Positions 58,017 through 64,000 of a DNA stretch of 64,000 bases are shown in pieces. Both the position numbers and the translations under genes were made by a program. The notes beneath the pieces were generated by a model. It was not told the DNA's origin and ran no database searches. It saw only the letters and a list, made by a program, of their open reading frames with translations. Each line of letters begins with the position of its first letter. Within the stretch, counting starts at the first letter, position 1. This DNA comes from Octopus vulgaris (Eukaryota), in the NCBI GenBank assembly GCA_951406725.2, contig OX597817.1:49910001-49974000 (forward strand). Direction: 5' to 3'.

Positions 58017-58883
58017 AAGCACTCCGTCGGTTACGACGATGAGGGTTCCGGTTGATCCGAATCAACGGAACAGCCTGCTCGTGAAATTAACGTGTAAGTG
58101 GCTGAGCACTCCACAGACACGTGTACCCTTAACGTAGTTCTCGGGGATATTCAGCGTGACACAGAGAGTGACAAGGCCGGCCCTTTGAAATACAGGTACA
58201 ACAGAAACAGGAAGTAAGAGTGAGAGAAAGTTGTGGTGAAAGAGTACAGCAGGGACCACCACCATCCCCTGCCAGAGCCTCGTGGAGCTTTAGGTGTTTT
58301 CGCTCAATAAACACTCACAACACCCGGTCTGGGAATCGAAACCGCGATCCTATGACCGCGAGTCCGCTGCCCTAACCACTGGGCCATTGCGCCTCCACTC
58401 CTTGTCAATGAGACACCATTCGATGTTGTTCCGGTGGTCACGGAATCTCCAGATAAAATAGGATAGGGTGGAAGATTTTTTCATACACATACTCATATAT
58501 ATAGTGGAAGCACAATGGCCTAGTGGCTAGGGCAGCGGACTCGTGGTCATACGATCGCAGTTTCGATTCCCAGACCGGGCGTTGTGAGTGTTTATTGAGC
58601 GAAAACACCTAACACGAGGCTCCGGCAGGGGGTGGGGGTGGCGAACTCTTCTGCATTCTTTCACCACATCTTTCTCTCACTTCTTTCTTCTTGTTTCTGT
58701 TGTACCTGTATTTCAAAGGGTCAGCCTTGTCACACTCTGTGTCACGCTGAATCTCCCTGAGAACTACGTTAAGGGTACACGTGTCTGTGGAGTGCTCAGC
58801 CACTTGCATGTTAATTTCACGAGCAGGCTGTTCCGTTGATCGGGTCAACTGGAACCCTCGTCGTCGTAACCGACGGAGCGCCG
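58017..58883. mobile_element. Head-to-head pair of SINE family C (58017-58397 minus; 58505-58883 plus)
   Basis: Two full-length copies in inverted orientation about 105 bp apart. Confidence 0.9.
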
Positions 58884-58886
58884 TAG

Positions 58887-58920
<34 letters not shown>

Positions 58921-58951
58921 TGTATGTATGTATGTATGTATGTATGTATGA

Positions 58952-59022
<71 letters not shown>

Positions 59023-59452
59023 TGTGTGCGTGCGTGAGTGCGTTTTCCTATTCTTAAGTTGGTATTATAATACAGAGCTTTCAAATTCACTATTACTCAA
59101 AATCACAAAAATGAGACTTAGGAAATTTGTGACGTTGGTACATATTTATTCACGGTTGGATACACAAGATCGGAAATTCAATCTCCAGCAGAGTGTTGTG
59201 TCCTTGAGCAAGACACTTTACTTCTGGTTGATCCAATCCACTCAACTGGCAAAAATGAGTCACATTCTGTGTTACACTGAATCTCCCTGAAAATCACGCT
59301 AAATGTACGAGTGTCTGTGGAGTTCTCAGCCACTTCTACGTTAATTTTACGAACAGGCTCTGCTATTAATAAGATCAAGTGGACCGCTTGTCTTCGTAAC
59401 CGACGGAGAGCCAAGGCCAATACAATTTTTGAAAATAAAACATTTTTTGATC

Positions 59453-59850
59453 AGGCGCAGGAGTGGCTGTGTGGTAAGTAGCTTGTTTACCAACGACATG
59501 GTTCCGGGTTCAGTCCCATTGCCTAGCACCTTGGGCAAGTGTCTACTACTATAGCCTCGGGTCGACCAAAGCCTTGTGAGTGGATTTGATAGACGGAAAC
59601 TGAAAGAAGTCCGTCGTATATATGTATATATATATATGCGTGTGTGTGTGTGTCTGTGTTTGTCCTCCATCATCGCTTGACAACCGATACTGGTGTGTAT
59701 ACGTCCCCGTAACTTAGTGGTTCGGCAAAAAAGACCGATAGAATAAGTACTAGGCTTACAATGTATAAATCCTGGGGTCGATTTGCTCGACTAAAGGCGG
59801 TGCTCCAGCATGGCCGCAGTCAAATGACTGAAACAAGTAAAAAAGTAAAA
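59453..59850 (+). mobile_element. SINE family B
   Basis: Full head-to-tail match. Confidence 0.88.
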
Positions 59851-59938
59851 AAGATGTAAAGTAGAGGGTGTGTTTCACTTTGAAGGCTATATGTTCGAAC
59901 GTTGAACTCAGCAACGCCATCTGTCCAAAGCAGCTACG

Positions 59939-59979
59939 CTGTGTTGATAAAGAGCAATGACCCAGAAACTAGTCCACAG
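59939..59979 (+). ncRNA. Hammerhead ribozyme motif, U3-A8 variant
   Basis: ctgtg-TTGATAA-a GAG caatga CCC a-GAA-ACTAGT-C-cacag. Confidence 0.65.
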
Positions 59980-60289
59980 ATATTACTTTGAGTGCTGAGC
60001 TCTCTGTTCGAAAATATAAGGACACGGATAGTGTGTCGTATAACCAGCTAGAAACGATGTTTCTTGGGGGCTAAAACAACAGTAACATCAGTCCCTTTCG
60101 GGGCAGCCACGTCATGTTGGCAAATAGCCTTTACTTTAAAAAACATTTACTCCTTATCAGCATTTCGATAGTTAGATCCTTCTTTACAATTGCGAAAGAT
60201 TTTGATTGTATATATTTTTAGACACCTCTGTGAATTCTATTCGCTGCCACGAATTCTGAAAATAGTGAAAAAATATGAAAAAAAGAATT

Positions 60290-60446
60290 AGTGGCTGTGT
60301 GGTAAGTAGCTTGCTAACCAACCACATGGTTCCGGGTTCAGTCCCACTGCGTGGCATCTTGGGCAAGTGTCTTCTGCTATAGCCCCGGGCCGACCAATGC
60401 CTTGTGAGTGGATTTGGTAGACGGAAACTGAAAGAAGCCTGTCGTA

Positions 60447-60505
<59 letters not shown>

Positions 60506-60539
60506 ATATATATATATGTCGTATATATGTATATATATA

Positions 60540-60570
<31 letters not shown>

Positions 60571-60576
60571 GTATAT

Positions 60577-60621
<45 letters not shown>

Positions 60622-60848
60622 CGTGTGTGTGTTTGTGTCTGTGTTTGTCCCCCTAGCATTGCTTGACAACCGATGCTGGTGTGTTTACGTCCCCGTCACT
60701 TAGCGGTTCGGCAAAAAGAGACCGATAGAATAAGTACTGGGCTTACAAAGAATAAGTCCCGGGGTTGATTTGCTCGACTAAAGGCGGTGCTCCAGCATGG
60801 CCGCAGTCAAATGACTGAAACAAGTAAAAGAGTAAAGAGTAAAGAGTA
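60290..60848 (+). mobile_element. SINE family B (an inverted older copy follows at 60905-61355)
   Basis: Near-identical to the reverse complement of 37705-38145. Confidence 0.88.
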
Positions 60849-61103
60849 TAGTAAGCCAAAACAAGCATATTTACACAATCCTAATATTTTTTATATATTT
60901 TTTATATTTTACTTGTTCCAATCATTAAACAGTGGCCATGCTAGGGCAACATTGATAAGGGCTTTAATTGACTCCAGTACTTAATTATTATCTAAGTCCG
61001 CTACATATTCTATTGGTCTCTTTTGCCGAACAGCTATGTTAAGGCGGTCGAAAAGAACGCAACTCCGGTTTTCAAGCATTAGGAGGAGAGATACAAGCAG
61101 AAA

Positions 61104-61183
<80 letters not shown>

Positions 61184-61884
61184 CACTCACACACACACAT
61201 GATAGGCTTTTTCAGTTTCTGTCTGCGAAATCCACTTAAAAGGCTTTGATCGGCCCCTGGCTATAGTAGAAGACATTTGCCTAGGATGTCACATGCAGCG
61301 TGGTGAACCAGAAACTATAAGGTTGGGAAACAAAGCATTTTACTCCTGCAGCCTTGCCTATTTGATAGCTGTGGCAAAATGCTTAGCGGCATTTCGCTCG
61401 TCTTTACGTTCTGATTTCAAATTCCGCCGAGGTCGACTCTGTCTCTTATCCTTTCGGGTATCGATAAAATAATTACGAGTTAGGCAGTGGATTCGATGTA
61501 ATCGACCTAAACCCTGCCCCAGTTTTAGGTCTTGTGACAAAATCTCAAATCAAATTTTGAGAACAGATGGTGTATGACTTGGCAGTGTTTACAGCTTCTT
61601 ACATTATTGTTTGAGCTTTAACGGAAACATTAACTTTACATTACCTTGGCATGTAAGTCTTAGTTTGAAGTTCGGTCGAGAGGAAACTTCCTGATTTGGC
61701 CTTTCATTCTATAAACCTGTTCAGCAGGGTCCCTGTGGTGAATAGAATTATGTTCGATAATGGTTGCATCAGAGGTTTCACTGTCGAATGGTTATGAATT
61801 AATGACGTTCAAGAAGTACTTAATCATAAAACATTTTAAAATTACTTTAACTGCAGATAAAAGTTACGTATATATGTGAATGGG

Positions 61885-61922
<38 letters not shown>

Positions 61923-61978
61923 CAGAAATATTAAATTTCTAAATATCTCACAGAGATATGTACGGTGGTGGGGCGATA

Positions 61979-62164
61979 GAGTGGTTGTATACTGTCAACT
62001 TAACGTGACAGTAAGGGAATTACACCACCGCTGTTTAGCCCTAGGAAGCATCGACGCTTCCTGCTGGAAATGTGTCGAGGCCGACAGGAAGCGTCCATGC
62101 TTCCTAGGGCTAAACAGCGGTGGTGTAATTTCCTTACTGTCACGTTAAGTTGACAGTATACAAA

Positions 62165-62168
<4 letters not shown>
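61979..62168. repeat. Fold-back hairpin, ~80-bp arms
   Basis: ttgtatactgtcaacttaacgtgacag...cttcctg / caggaag...ctgtcacgttaagttgacagtatacaa. Confidence 0.92.
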
Positions 62169-62251
<83 letters not shown>

Positions 62252-62542
62252 GATAAAAATTCAGAAAATGGAGACGTAACGACAAAATAATTTATTAACT
62301 GCATAAATCCAACATGTTCCTTTACAGCTGTTTTCATTTTTGCCCAAAGATTAAAGTCCAGTAATTAAATCGTTGTTCTTTTTCTTTTACTTGTTTCAGT
62401 CATTTGACTGCGGGCATGCTGGAGCACCGCCTTTTGAGCAAAATCTCATCAGAGAAAAGAAATGAGATATCATTAGGTTATTATGTGAATATCATTTAGT
62501 TGCTAATAATGGTGTAAACTGGGCCCAGGAGGTATATGTATG

Positions 62543-62574
<32 letters not shown>

Positions 62575-62640
62575 CATATATACATATACATATATATATA
62601 TATATACACATATATATACATATATATATATTATACACAC

Positions 62641-62715
<75 letters not shown>

Positions 62716-62889
62716 ATATATATATATGTATATATATATGTATATAGATATATATATGTATATGTATATATGTATATACATATATATATATGTATATACA
62801 TTCATACATACACACACACATATACAATAACAGACTATAACTTTATTTATCAAAAATGCTATGAGGATAAAAATTAAACTTTTTTTCAA

Positions 62890-63235
62890 TAATGTTATTC
62901 AACAAAGCCACCTTCAGCTTCAACAACTGCTTCTATATGAGATCCAAACCATCTACACACTCGAATCAAGTGGTCCTGGTTCATTTTGGACATTACTCTG
63001 ACTATGGGCGTGTTCATTGATCTCTTTCTCAACAACGCCCCACATGTAATATTCCAATGGATTGAGATCTGGGGTATGAGGAGGCCAGATGTTAGGGATT
63101 GTGCGATCATGAAAATTTTCAGCCATCCATTCCTGTGTTACTAGAGCCATGTGTGAGAGTGCATAGTCTTACTGAAACACATATGACCTTCCATTGCATA
63201 CACTGTCTATCCAGGGCTTAATAATTATTTGCAGG
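62890..63235 (-). mobile_element. Tc1/mariner superfamily (maT/DD37D-like) transposase remnant
   Basis: RSYVFQ*DYALSHMALVTQEWMAENF...WPPHTPDLNPLEYYMWG...[13 protein letters not shown]. Confidence 0.82.
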
Positions 63236-64000
63236 ACCTCAATGTAGGCGGCATTTTAAAAGCTTCATCTTCACTCAATCGCGACTTATCTTCTCGCCAT
63301 ATCAATTTACCCCACAAGTGTTACTGCTTATCTTTTCAAAAACAAACCCACAATATCAGTTTTAGGCCTATTTTTTCGCATCCACAAACAGCGAAAGGAA
63401 TTAATATATTTTACATTATTCACGGCAAATGAGCTTTTCCAATTTCCCTGTCTTTATATTGACTGTTTTTGTCGCATAACAAACTTCTGAACGGGGATTA
63501 ATTTTCGCTTCAAAATATTAAAGGCCTTTATTTTTTTCTATTATTTTGAAATACAGATTATAACATAAAGCTTCTGAAACCTGAAATCTGTCGTATGTTC
63601 ATATAATACTTCACAAAACGAAGTTCAATTTTGTTTATATGCACATGTTAAATATCCTATGCAATTTTTGAAAAGTAACATTTAATATAAATATCATATC
63701 TCACTTGAGATTCATATACAATAATAACCGTAACAAAATTCTATTTTATGTCTCAGATCAATTTATCTTAAGTGGATTTACGAGACAGACAAACCCACGC
63801 GAAATTTATATTAAAAGCACTAATGTTAGATATAATAAAATTTAAAGAGCAAGTATGAAAACAAATTCGCTGAGCAATGCAATAAATTCGCTGACCTTGT
63901 AACAATGAAGATATTTAAAAACTGTTTAGTTGAAACGTACGAAAGCGTTTGAAGGTGCAGCAAAATAAGGGCGGCGAGCTGGCAGAAGCGTTAGCACGCC

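Overview
AT-rich, repeat-saturated eukaryotic DNA, most likely intronic or intergenic sequence of a coleoid cephalopod. Octopus is inferred from a mollusc-type 5S fragment, tRNA-headed SINE families and very dense (TA)n/(CA)n/(TATC)n/(CATA)n tracts. No host protein-coding gene could be supported; most listed ORFs are microsatellite or SINE read-throughs. The window holds decayed R4/Dong, RTE, Tx1/L1, CR1-like and Penelope-like (PLE) retroelements, mariner/Tc1/maT and Helitron remnants, and dozens of copies of three SINE families. The main signal outside the ORF track is at least ten type-I hammerhead-ribozyme folds, plus four degenerate ones. They have PLE-type palindromic stem III, include core variants (U3-A8, an extra nucleotide after A9), and often sit in short non-coding units embedded in (TA)n. 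Three identical copies anchor a 4.3-kb nested inverted duplication. Other observations: a 5S rRNA/SINE-tail chimera, a SINE tail shared with a Tx1-like LINE, apparent GTATT-directed self-insertion of that SINE, and many short fold-back hairpins. Folds and alignments were done by eye and boundaries are approximate.
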